From: Chloroflexota bacterium
Lineage (GTDB): Bacteria > Chloroflexota > Anaerolineae > Aggregatilineales > J027
NCBI GenBank assembly: GCA_003697365.1
Contig: RFGP01000056.1
Location: 463 to 64,462 of the forward strand
Length of the DNA: 64,000 nucleotides
Reading direction: 5' to 3'
Made by a program: the position numbers and the translations under genes. The notes below the pieces were generated by a model. That model saw only the letters and a list, made by a program, of their open reading frames with translations. It was not told the origin of the DNA and made no database searches. Positions 49,474-58,339 of this stretch are shown here, one piece after another. Each line of letters begins with the position of its first letter. Positions within the stretch are counted from its first letter, which is position 1.

Positions 49474-50603
49474 ACACATTAACATCAACGCAAAATACTG
49501 CCTCCATAATGCAACAAAAAGAAATGCCAGCTTTGCGATTTCAAGGTTGGATTGTTTTCTTAACTTTCTGGATATGCTTTGGAACAATTATTCTGCTCAA
49601 TAGCTTTGTGTTTACATACATCATTGGCGATGGCACCTTCACATATCCTAGTTCTACACGAGATACTGCATATTCAATTATTGCTATTTGGGGAACAGCT
49701 TATGTTGTTGGGATTGTGACCGGCTTAACAGCCAATACACCAACGGTTTCCATTTGGCATGTAATAAGCAGTGTTGTTTTAGGATATTTATTCGCCATTA
49801 CGCTTTATGTGATGATACTTGGGCCATTCCCCAACATACCAACTGATAGCTTTGGTGTTCTACGTGACCTTGTTTCAATAGAGCCTTTGCCCGTTTACTA
49901 TGTCTTCATTTTGATGAGCTTGGTTTTTGGGCCGATTTTGATAGGTGTCGCAACCTATACGGGTTATTTGGTTGCCAATGAATATCTACAATTAAAACTC
50001 AAAGCCGTTCCGAATCTTCAGCCTATTACTATCATTTTTGCCACTATCGCGCCGCTTTCAATTGCATTAATGCTGATCGGAGGGCTAAATGTGTGCGATA
50101 TTGAAGATGGACTCAGTAATCTCAGTGACATATGTAGTTATGAAGATGAACAGGCACTTCTCCGCAGCTATCAGCGCCAAGTCAGAAATGTCAACCAAAC
50201 CCTGCCCTACAATGAACAAGAAACAGTTCCCACCATTCTTATTTTCCATCTCGATTTACTCGTCAATCCTTTATTTCATGCCTTTTTAGCACTGTTTATT
50301 GGAGGCATCATTGGATTGAAGCGCAATGCATCACCTACAGTTCACGCTTTTAATGCAGCAATTGGCACTATGATTTATATAACTTTAGCGCTTATATTGA
50401 ACGAGATATTTAAACCTAGTACGGGAGGATATATAGACTACAGTTTAGTTTATCAAGACCGACTAGGAGACTTAGCTCATCCAAATGCCATTGTGTTCAT
50501 GACCCTTTGGAGTATCCCGCCAATTGTAGCAGGTGCAAGTGCATTTGCGGTCAGCACGCTTAGAACACAACGTGCGACTCATGAAATAGCTACTACTCAA
50601 TAA
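49470..50603 (+). CDS. polytopic membrane protein, function unknown
   Basis: About 8 hydrophobic helices. GTG start overlaps the upstream stop (GTGA). Confidence 0.5.
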   Translation: MNTLTSTQNTASIMQQKEMPALRFQGWIVFLTFWICFGTIILLNSFVFTYIIGDGTFTYPSSTRDTAYSIIAIWGTAYVVGIVTGLTANTPTVSIWHVISSVVLGYLFAITLYVMILGPFPNIPTDSFGVLRDLVSIEPLPVYYVFILMSLVFGPILIGVATYTGYLVANEYLQLKLKAVPNLQPITIIFATIAPLSIALMLIGGLNVCDIEDGLSNLSDICSYEDEQALLRSYQRQVRNVNQTLPYNEQETVPTILIFHLDLLVNPLFHAFLALFIGGIIGLKRNASPTVHAFNAAIGTMIYITLALILNEIFKPSTGGYIDYSLVYQDRLGDLAHPNAIVFMTLWSIPPIVAGASAFAVSTLRTQRATHEIATTQ

Positions 50604-51792
50604 GTGCACTAAAACTGTCGCCAAGCAGAGTTTCAAGGTATGGAGTTACATTCCACATAGACTTTAACGCAATATATTCTCGAATGTGATTTTTATCAGC
50701 TACGTTGCCATCGTATACAGCACGAATCATCAAATTACGCGCTGTGTGCTCAGAAGAAACAAATTCAATAACTTGCGTTTTATAGCCTAGAATACGCAAA
50801 ATTGCTGCACGAAAACTATCTGTTAAAATGTCTCCCATCCGCTCACGTAAAATATTATGCCTTAAAACAGGTTCAAATGGCGATATAACAACACTATTTT
50901 CAAGTTGCTCTTGTAAATGATGATGACAACAGGGCACACTAAAAATAAGTTGGCTTTTAGACCAAATTGCTTTTGCTAAAGCCTCATCAGTTGCAGTATC
51001 ACAAGCATGTAAAGCCAATACAATATCAGGTTGAAAAGTGGGTTCATATTCAATAATAGTACCAATTTCAAAATGAATGTTGTCCCACCCCATTTGTTCA
51101 ACGATCGCTTGGTGACGCTGTAGCAATTTTTCGCTAATGTCAACGCCAACAGTTACTGTCGGAATTTGTAACTTGTGATTTAAATAGTGATGAACGGCAA
51201 ATGTTAAATACGCACTTCCACAACCACAATCGAGAATATGAAGTGGTGTATGCTCAAAGCGTTTAAGTTCCGCCATCTCTTCTACGAGTTGTAAAAATTT
51301 ATTGATCTGCACAAATTTTGAACGTTTATTAGCGAGCACTTGCCCTTGCGCATTCATGATCCCGCTAGCTTGTAAATAAGGATCATGAACATGATCAGGC
51401 AGTGGTAAATGTTTACGACGATCATGATTCATATTTGGCAAGGATGTTGAGGTACGCTGTTTTTTAATGAGCGCCTTACCTTTTTTTGTAATGCGAATAT
51501 GCAATTCATCTTCAGTAGTACGCACAAAATAATGACTGAAGGGCATTGCTAATAAGTCTTGCAAGGCTTTCTCTGCAGCCTCTTGAGTAACATTTTCACG
51601 AATATCATGCCGACCATCAAAATAAATAATTTGCAGATGCCATGCCCCTTTGAGCATTACAGGACGCAAAGTAATCTTCTGCCACTGCAAGGTTTGATGA
51701 CGACGTACTCCTGAGAATGTTGCACTAACAAAACCACTTGGCTCAAGCACACGTTCTTGAATCAGAGTTTCAAAGCGTTCATTTACGGCCAT
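50593..51792 (-). CDS. SAM-dependent methyltransferase with N-terminal extension
   Basis: Motif I 'ILDCGCGSAYLTF', 'VGVDIS'. ATG 51792 ('MAVNERF') preferred. 3' end overlaps the convergent membrane-protein gene by 11 nt. Confidence 0.65.
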   Translation of the reverse strand: MAVNERFETLIQERVLEPSGFVSATFSGVRRHQTLQWQKITLRPVMLKGAWHLQIIYFDGRHDIRENVTQEAAEKALQDLLAMPFSHYFVRTTEDELHIRITKKGKALIKKQRTSTSLPNMNHDRRKHLPLPDHVHDPYLQASGIMNAQGQVLANKRSKFVQINKFLQLVEEMAELKRFEHTPLHILDCGCGSAYLTFAVHHYLNHKLQIPTVTVGVDISEKLLQRHQAIVEQMGWDNIHFEIGTIIEYEPTFQPDIVLALHACDTATDEALAKAIWSKSQLIFSVPCCHHHLQEQLENSVVISPFEPVLRHNILRERMGDILTDSFRAAILRILGYKTQVIEFVSSEHTARNLMIRAVYDGNVADKNHIREYIALKSMWNVTPYLETLLGDSFSALIE

Positions 51793-52022
51793 TATTGAAC
51801 ATCTATCTACCTTATAATGCAAAAATCCCAATCATCTCAAAAGCAACATTTCCTTAGAGTAAGATTAAAATTGCTCCAAGAATTTTTGAACCTATTGAAA
51901 AGCATCATAGTAAACTAATCAGATACCCTAGAATGTAACTATTTAAGGGTTAGTTACTTTTGGATTTTTCTACCTACTTTAGAGATTAGGGTAAACAGAA
52001 TCAAGAGTAGTTTGTGTTTATC

Positions 52023-52050
52023 TTGCATTCTGTACCCAAATTGCTATAAT
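52023..52050 (+). promoter_or_regulatory. near-consensus promoter of the SBP gene
   Basis: TTGCAT (52023-52028), 16-nt spacer ending in TGc, TATAAT (52045-52050), i.e. an extended -10. Confidence 0.55.
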
Positions 52051-52056
52051 CTGTAG

Positions 52057-52206
52057 CGTAGAATAAATCGTGGTAATCCTTCATGATTACCAGAGCCCAG
52101 AAATTGCAACGGGCTTTTGTAAAATTATGGTCTACCATGCTTACTGAGGCTACGGTCAGTAATAATTTGTTAGTTTTTTTTAGCCCTCTAGGAGAAGCAA
52201 AAACCT
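52057..52206 (+). promoter_or_regulatory. structured ~150-nt leader of the SBP gene (candidate attenuator or cis-regulatory RNA)
   Basis: Hairpin tggtaatc/gattacca (52071-52092). Hairpin gagccc/gggctt followed by ttg (52093-52116). Hairpin ttactga/tcagtaa (52141-52162), extendable by aaattat/ataattt, followed by gttag + T8 (52174-52181). Then the AGGAG RBS. Confidence 0.35.
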
Positions 52207-53988
52207 ATGTTTAAGAATGCTTTCCGTACTGCGGCAACTGTTGCGATTTTAGCAACTATGGTTGTAGCATTGTTGCCAACCAATTTTGCATTGGCTGGTG
52301 ATGCTGAGTTCACTTATGTCGCTCAGTATCGTCAAGACGTACCTGTCACCCGTGATACTGCATCTACCTCTGAGATCAGCACTCTCGATCCAGCGGTTGC
52401 TTCAGACTCAGTATCCATCACTCCCATTGAAAACCTCTTCTTAGGTTTAACCAACTATGATCCCATTACTGGTAACGTGGTTTCTGAACTAGCCATTTTG
52501 CCAGATGATGTGACCGAGTTGGTAAGCGAAGATGGTTTGACATGGACATTCACCCTTCGTGATGACGTAATGTGGATGCGCTATGATCCTGCCAGTGGCG
52601 AAGCTACTGAAATCCGCCCCGTTGTGGCTTCAGACTTCGTTTACGGCATCAAGCGTGCTTGCGACCCGCGTTTGGGTGGTTACTATGGTACAGTTGCAGC
52701 CAAAGTGATTGCTGGTTGCGATGTTGTCAACCTCTCTGATCCTGAAGAAGTTACCGACGAATTGGTCTTTGGTGACACCATCCAAGTGAGTGCTCCCGAT
52801 GACACCACCGTCGTCATTACATTGCAATTCCCTGCAAGCTACTTCTTCAGCATGACACCCATGTGGATGTTGCGCCCTGTACCCCAAGAAACCATTGAAG
52901 AATTTGGCGACGACTGGACCCAACCCGGTAACATCGTTACCAACGGCCCATACTTCGTAGCTGAAAATACACGCGGTGTACGTCGCACATTCGTCCGCAA
53001 CGAAGCCTTACCAGCTGATTTGTTCTCTGGTGATGGCAACATTGAAGTTATTAATCAACCCCTCATCGAAGATGGCGGTACAATTTTTGCACTCTATCAA
53101 GACAACCAACTTGACAGCACTGGCGTTCCTACCGCTGAATTACAAGCGATTTTGAACGATCCTGAATATGCTGATCAGTTGCTCCAAGTCTTCGACTTAG
53201 CTGTCTTCTACTTTGCATTTGCTCATGACAAACCACCATTTGACAACGTCCATGCACGTCGTGCATTCAGCGCTGTCATTGACCGTGAAGCATTTGTCAG
53301 CCAAATTCGTCAGAATCGTGGTGTACCCATGATCCACTTCACACCTCCCGGCATGGCTTATGCTCCTCCCATCAACGAAATTGGTGTGGGCTTCAACCCA
53401 GACTATGCTCGTGAGCAAATTGAACTCGCTGGTTATCCTAACTGCGAGGGCTTCCCCAACGTTGAAATCGCAACCTATCAAGGCGCTGGTACTTGGGCTG
53501 AGTTCTGGGCTGCTGGTGCTGAAGAACATCTTGGTTGTGATCCCGGCATTTTCCAAGTTGAACAACTTGAATTCTCCGTGTTGTTGGAAGTTATCGATGC
53601 CAGCACACCCACCCAAGATCGTCCCAACGCTTGGACACTCGGTTGGGGTCCTGACTATGGTGATGCCAACAACTGGGTTAATGACGTATTGAGCTGCACT
53701 GCTGACAACGCTTTCTTGCGTCCATGCACCGAAATCGATGATCTCATCGATGAAGCTGCCCGTGAAGCAGATCCCAATCGTCGTGCAGAGCTCTATGCGG
53801 AAATCGAAGAAGGCTTCTTTGGCCCAGAAGGTGAACACCCGATTGCGCCAATCTTCTTGCGTTCAGACTACGTCTTGGTGAAGCCATGGTACACCGGCCC
53901 ATTTGAGACTGATGGACTCTTTGGTGGCGCTCACTGGGGTGCTTTCAGCATCGACATGGCTGCCAAGTTGGCTGCTCGTGGAGAATAA
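52207..53988 (+). CDS. ABC transporter substrate-binding protein, family 5 (peptide/nickel type)
   Basis: Signal peptide 'ILATMVVALLPTNFALAGD', 'PIENLFLGLTNYDP' and size/architecture typical of OppA/DppA-like SBPs. Strong C-ending codon bias. AGGAG RBS. Confidence 0.85.
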   Translation: MFKNAFRTAATVAILATMVVALLPTNFALAGDAEFTYVAQYRQDVPVTRDTASTSEISTLDPAVASDSVSITPIENLFLGLTNYDPITGNVVSELAILPDDVTELVSEDGLTWTFTLRDDVMWMRYDPASGEATEIRPVVASDFVYGIKRACDPRLGGYYGTVAAKVIAGCDVVNLSDPEEVTDELVFGDTIQVSAPDDTTVVITLQFPASYFFSMTPMWMLRPVPQETIEEFGDDWTQPGNIVTNGPYFVAENTRGVRRTFVRNEALPADLFSGDGNIEVINQPLIEDGGTIFALYQDNQLDSTGVPTAELQAILNDPEYADQLLQVFDLAVFYFAFAHDKPPFDNVHARRAFSAVIDREAFVSQIRQNRGVPMIHFTPPGMAYAPPINEIGVGFNPDYAREQIELAGYPNCEGFPNVEIATYQGAGTWAEFWAAGAEEHLGCDPGIFQVEQLEFSVLLEVIDASTPTQDRPNAWTLGWGPDYGDANNWVNDVLSCTADNAFLRPCTEIDDLIDEAAREADPNRRAELYAEIEEGFFGPEGEHPIAPIFLRSDYVLVKPWYTGPFETDGLFGGAHWGAFSIDMAAKLAARGE

Positions 53989-54015
53989 GCCTTAGGCTTC
54001 TAGAATAAACCCTTT

Positions 54016-54126
54016 TAGTGCTGGTGCTGCACGCCCCCTAGCGATAGGGGGCACAGCCATAAACAAAAGCCCCGTTGCGATACCTTATAAATAGACATTC
54101 TGGGTATTCAAGCAGCGCCAGCACTA
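54016..54126 (+). other. GC-rich nested stem-loop element in the SBP 3' region (REP-like element or structured RNA)
   Basis: 15-bp outer stem tagtgctggtgctgc (54016-54030) / gcagcgccagcacta (54112-54126) with one G-U pair. It encloses an 8-bp hairpin gcccccta-GCGA-tagggggc (54033-54052) capped by a GNRA loop. Confidence 0.45.
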
Positions 54127-54200
54127 GCACACTCCTCAACAAACTTCTACAATAGAAACAATCAATCTAACAACACAATAACTCAGGATATATTTAGCTC

Positions 54201-56168
54201 ATGCAACGAGTGCTGATTCTTGACAATGAAATTAGTTTTATTGTGCGTTTGCGCAAGGCCCTTGAATCACAAAATTTTGAAGTTAAAACAGCACGTCGCC
54301 CTTCCAATGCATATGAAGAAATCACTGCGGGGCAATATGATATAGCTATCATTGACATTGACTTTGACGAGTTTGAAGCAGTGCTCAAACATCTTCGCAC
54401 ACATCACCCTAAGCTGCCCATAATCCTCTCTGGGCACAGCAAAGAAGATGTAGAAGCTGTACAACATTTTTCTGTTGACGCATACATCAACAAACCCTAT
54501 GTTGCGCGCGATCTCATCACAATTATTGAATGGACATTAGCCCAAGTTGCCCAACACGGGCCTTCAGAAGGTGTCTCTAATAAAAGTGTGACAATTGAAG
54601 AGCCCCCCATTAATGAAGATGCTACCATTGGCGACATGATGACGGCATTATTAACGCCAGACAATGAAAGCGGTGTTGTTGTTCACACGGCTATACCTGA
54701 TACATTACCAGAATCAACATCGCAATTAGAAGAGCGCCTTTTAGATGAACCACCAATCTCGGCAGAAGATTCAGTTGCAAGCCGCGTATTGCGCTTGAGC
54801 CATGATGATAACCAACTTAAAAAATTATTACACTCTTTTGAAGCAGAATTACGAGTTCGTCCGTTGCCTTCTTGGCATAAATTGCCACCATCAGAAGCTC
54901 AAGATAAAGTTATTGCATTATTAGGCGAACTGCCACCTATGGTGTTGCCTCCTATACCAAGTGCTACCCCCACACAGCCGGTAGCATTACCAGAATTAGA
55001 CCTTATTCCTGAAGACCCAACACCATTATCACATCTTTCGATGCGTAGCCAACAACTAAATCATGAATTGTTAGATGCTCTTGCAGAAGCTGAGGACATT
55101 GAAGATAGTCGTCTACAAGCTGTGCTTAGCCAAATACAAGACTCTCAGCAAGAAGAGCCTGTTTTACAGGAAGAATTAGTCCCCACGACTGTCAAAGAAA
55201 TCACACAATCAATGGGCATTGTCTTAGATGAAGAAGATGAATCATCTAGCGAAATAGATGAGGAAATTAATCCAGAAGAGGCAGAATTAACGCTTGTTGC
55301 CCAAGCGGCTTTACAATTAACTCAATTATCTCTAGAAAGCGCCGCAATTGGCACAATGCTCACCTATGATGATCGCATTATTGCAAGCATTGGTGATTTG
55401 TCAAAACCACTTTGGCAAGACTTGGCCGCGCAAGTGATACTTGCTTGGGAACAAAGCGATGGAGGCAACACACGACTGATCTATCGCACCTTAGAGCGAT
55501 ATGGACAAGTATTATTATTTAGCTTGAAGACAACAGATGATTTAATCTTGACGCTCATTTTCAATGCCAACACGCCATTGAAAACCATTCGCCGACAAGC
55601 TAAGCGCATCACGGAAGCACTCGCTAACGTTGAGCCAGATGCACTGTCCGCCGAGCTAGGAACTTCCTATCCTATTACCCCCATTAAGGAAGAACCATCC
55701 GCCGCTACGACCTTGCCAAGTCGCCCAACAGACTTGCGTCCCCCTCAAGACCTTCGGCGTACAACAAATGTTGCTGAAGCTGTTTCCATTACTCGAAAAG
55801 ATGAAAATTATACTGGATATGCACTAGCGTGGCTTATTGAAAACGAAGAAATCGTCCTTCATGATGAGCTTCAACAAGCGTTGGAAACTTGGCTCTATCG
55901 CATAGCAGAAGAAAACTTATGGGAAATCATAGCACTTGATATTCAAGATAAGTGGATCAATCTTCATATTGAAGCGCCAGCCAAAGAAATGCCAAATGTC
56001 ATTGCAGAAACTTTAATGCAACAAACAGCACAAGCTATACGAGACACTTATCCAGCGCTACGAGATGAAACAATACCGATATGGTCAGAAGGGTACAGTA
56101 TCCTAACACCCGGACGATTAATGAGCGAGCGCGAGATAGAACGCTTCATCCGTTATAGCAATAATTAA
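54201..56168 (+). CDS. receiver - acidic/Pro-rich linker - Roadblock/LC7-like - IS200/IS605 TnpA-like (HUH-degenerate) fusion protein
   Basis: REC residues 1-112 ('VLILDNE', 'IAIIDIDFD', 'ILSG', 'INKPY'). Low-complexity residues ~113-360. Roadblock-like residues ~361-476 ('AAIGTMLTYDDRIIASIGDL...LILTLIFNANTPL'). Residues ~535-655 ('YALAWLIENEEIVL', 'WEIIALDIQDKWINLHIEAP', 'IWSEGYSILTPGR..SEREIERFIRY') parallel the Y1 transposase fold. Confidence 0.65.
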   Translation: MQRVLILDNEISFIVRLRKALESQNFEVKTARRPSNAYEEITAGQYDIAIIDIDFDEFEAVLKHLRTHHPKLPIILSGHSKEDVEAVQHFSVDAYINKPYVARDLITIIEWTLAQVAQHGPSEGVSNKSVTIEEPPINEDATIGDMMTALLTPDNESGVVVHTAIPDTLPESTSQLEERLLDEPPISAEDSVASRVLRLSHDDNQLKKLLHSFEAELRVRPLPSWHKLPPSEAQDKVIALLGELPPMVLPPIPSATPTQPVALPELDLIPEDPTPLSHLSMRSQQLNHELLDALAEAEDIEDSRLQAVLSQIQDSQQEEPVLQEELVPTTVKEITQSMGIVLDEEDESSSEIDEEINPEEAELTLVAQAALQLTQLSLESAAIGTMLTYDDRIIASIGDLSKPLWQDLAAQVILAWEQSDGGNTRLIYRTLERYGQVLLFSLKTTDDLILTLIFNANTPLKTIRRQAKRITEALANVEPDALSAELGTSYPITPIKEEPSAATTLPSRPTDLRPPQDLRRTTNVAEAVSITRKDENYTGYALAWLIENEEIVLHDELQQALETWLYRIAEENLWEIIALDIQDKWINLHIEAPAKEMPNVIAETLMQQTAQAIRDTYPALRDETIPIWSEGYSILTPGRLMSEREIERFIRYSNN

Positions 56169-56202
56169 AAAGTGCCTTCATTAAAAATGGTAAGGCACTT
56201 TT
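56168..56202. terminator. bidirectional terminator hairpin between convergent genes
   Basis: 11-bp stem aaaagtgcctt/aaggcactttt with a 13-nt loop. The A/T runs within the arms give U-tails on both strands. Confidence 0.65.
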
Positions 56203-56232
56203 CAAGAATGCAACCAGAACAAACCTCAATCT

Positions 56233-57546
56233 TTAGGGATAAATTCCTCGTGTCATTGTCGCTTGTGCGACGCGATTGATAGCATACATTTGGGCCGCCG
56301 TTCGCATGGTTACATCATGTTTTTCAGCAAATTCAGCAACATTATCGTAGGCTTTGAGCAAAATACGTCGTAACTGTCGGAATACTTCTTCAACGTCCCA
56401 CGAAAACATCTGTAAATCTTGCACCCATTCAAAGTAAGATACTGTAACACCACCCGCGTTGGCCAAAATATCGGGTACTACCGTAATCCCCCGCTCTTGG
56501 AAAATCTCATCTGCTTCAGGAGTTGTTGGGCCGTTAGCCCCCTCAACAATCAGCTTAGCCTTAATCTTATGAGCATTTTCTTCAGTGAGTTGATCTTCTA
56601 GGGCAGCAGGAATTAGAACATCACATTCAAGCTCTAGGAGCTCTTGATTTGTTACGAAATCAACATCATTGTGTTCATTGGCATAATCTTTGAGAGTTGG
56701 CATTGGACGACGTTTTTGGCGAGTATACTCAAACAGTTTTTGAATATCTAAGCCTTCAGGGTTATAGACACCACCACTAATATCGCTAATCCCGACAACC
56801 TTATAACCTAATTGTTGAGCATATAAAGCAGCATGAGAACCGACATTACCAAAACCTTGAACAATTAGACGAGTGTTTTGGTTATCAAAAATTCCCTCAC
56901 GGCGTAATGCTTCTTCCATAATGATAATCACACCGCGCCCAGTAGCTTCTTCTCGCCCTTCACTACCTCCAATATTGAGAGGCTTGCCAGTAACTACGGC
57001 TGGAACAGAATAACCAACCGTCATGGAATATGTATCCATCATCCATGCCATTGTTTGAGAATTAGTTCCCATATCTGGGGCAGGAATATCGCCATAAGGG
57101 CTAATAATCGACACCATCTCAGAAGTAAATCGACGTGTTAAACGTTCATTTTCAGTTAAAGATAAGTCACGCGGATCAACAATAACGCCGCCTTTCGCTC
57201 CACCATAAGGCAAACCCACTAGTGCACATTTCCATGTCATCCACATTGCAAGCGCGCGCACTTCATCCAAAGAAACATGTGGGGCATAACGAATTCCGCC
57301 CTTAGAGGGGCCAAGCACAATATTATGATGCACACGGTATCCCGTGAACATCCGCACATCGCCATTATCCATCTTAACAGGAAAATTAAAGGTATATTCG
57401 CGCTTTGGGTAGCGCAGAAATTGCTGCAAACTGTCATCTAGACCCAATCGTGATGCAGCGCGGTCAAACTGTGCAAGAGCCGTTTCATAAGCCTTGCTTG
57501 GTGCATGATTTGGTGATGTCAAAATCACGGTTTGGCTTTGATTCAT
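56233..57546 (-). CDS. gdh: glutamate dehydrogenase
   Basis: 'GPSKGGIRY' catalytic Lys motif, 'GGAKGG', NAD(P) fold 'VQGFGNVG'. ATG 57546 lies 10 nt after AGGAG. Confidence 0.9.
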   Translation of the reverse strand: MNQSQTVILTSPNHAPSKAYETALAQFDRAASRLGLDDSLQQFLRYPKREYTFNFPVKMDNGDVRMFTGYRVHHNIVLGPSKGGIRYAPHVSLDEVRALAMWMTWKCALVGLPYGGAKGGVIVDPRDLSLTENERLTRRFTSEMVSIISPYGDIPAPDMGTNSQTMAWMMDTYSMTVGYSVPAVVTGKPLNIGGSEGREEATGRGVIIIMEEALRREGIFDNQNTRLIVQGFGNVGSHAALYAQQLGYKVVGISDISGGVYNPEGLDIQKLFEYTRQKRRPMPTLKDYANEHNDVDFVTNQELLELECDVLIPAALEDQLTEENAHKIKAKLIVEGANGPTTPEADEIFQERGITVVPDILANAGGVTVSYFEWVQDLQMFSWDVEEVFRQLRRILLKAYDNVAEFAEKHDVTMRTAAQMYAINRVAQATMTRGIYP

Positions 57547-57750
57547 CGAAAAATAGCTCCTCATAAACGTTGGATAATAAACCGATAGCACCCCATTCAC
57601 CTATCACATTAGGTGAATTTTTTGCACGGTATGTCCTAACAAGTATCCTAGCAAATTTTTCTTCTTAAAGACATATAAATTATTTAAAATATTTTAGCTT
57701 TTTAATAAATTTTCAGTTAAATTATAACACATTTTGCTAAAATTCGGAAC

Positions 57751-57777
57751 AAACAAAAACCCGACAAAAGTCGGGTT
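57751..57777 (-). terminator. rho-independent terminator of the lipoprotein gene
   Basis: On the minus strand: aacccgac-tttt-gtcgggtt followed by tttgtttgtt. Lies 20 nt past the stop. Confidence 0.8.
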
Positions 57778-57797
57778 AATTTGCTTACCTCACGAAA

Positions 57798-58220
57798 TTA
57801 CGCGACATCAAACTCAAGAGTATCAACGACTTCGCCATCGATGAGAATCTCGACCTTCCAAGCGCCAGATCGCCAAAATGCTATATCGTCTTCGGCAACA
57901 CCAGCATTTAATTGCTCATAATCAAGCCCTAATACAACACTACCGACATCACTGCTGACCTTCGTTTCAACGATATTCCCTACTTGTTCACCTTTAGGGT
58001 CGATAAAACGAGCGCCTACAGTAACGCCATCATGTTCATTGAGTTTTACAACAACATTCAAATCTTCATTATTGCGAAAGAACTCGGTCTGGGTTAAGCC
58101 CAGAATATTTGTGCTTTCGCCACGAGCTGTATAGGCAAGATTATAAACATCACCAGAGCAAGCTGATAACGTAAAAATGAGGAGAACGGCTATTATGAAA
58201 AACAAATTCTTTTTTGCCAA
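57798..58220 (-). CDS. lipoprotein, function unknown
   Basis: Lipobox 'FTLSAC'. TTG 58220 with AGGGAG 9 nt upstream is preferred over ATG 58268. Rho-independent terminator downstream. Confidence 0.5.
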   Translation of the reverse strand: MAKKNLFFIIAVLLIFTLSACSGDVYNLAYTARGESTNILGLTQTEFFRNNEDLNVVVKLNEHDGVTVGARFIDPKGEQVGNIVETKVSSDVGSVVLGLDYEQLNAGVAEDDIAFWRSGAWKVEILIDGEVVDTLEFDVA

Positions 58221-58339
58221 TTTTATATACTCCCTTTGATCACGCAAAAAAGCTAACGTATGTGACATATCATTATACAGTACACATCGTTAGCTTCAAA
58301 TGTTCGGAAATCTTACAAATGAGATTGAGGCACCAGCAC

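Noticed and set aside
53197-53838. 213-aa ORF antisense to the SBP gene
   Set aside because: It lies wholly inside a well-supported gene. The sense gene's strong C-ending codon bias suppresses stop codons on the opposite strand. The product has no start context and no recognisable motif.
52207-53988. Horizontally acquired island suggested by higher GC of the SBP gene
   Set aside because: The shift is concentrated at third codon positions within a single gene. There are no flanking integrase, tRNA or repeat signatures. Expression-linked codon bias is the simpler explanation.
53987-53999. Palindrome AAGCCT-T-AGGCTT spanning the SBP stop codon
   Set aside because: The loop is too small for a stable hairpin as drawn. 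It is more likely a chance palindrome, and the real structure lies at 54016-54126.
55803-56168. IS200/IS605-type insertion sequence
   Set aside because: The TnpA-like segment is fused in frame to upstream domains. It lacks an intact HUH motif and has Phe at the best-aligned catalytic Tyr position. It has no flanking subterminal hairpin ends and no tnpB. It is treated as a domesticated domain, not a mobile element.
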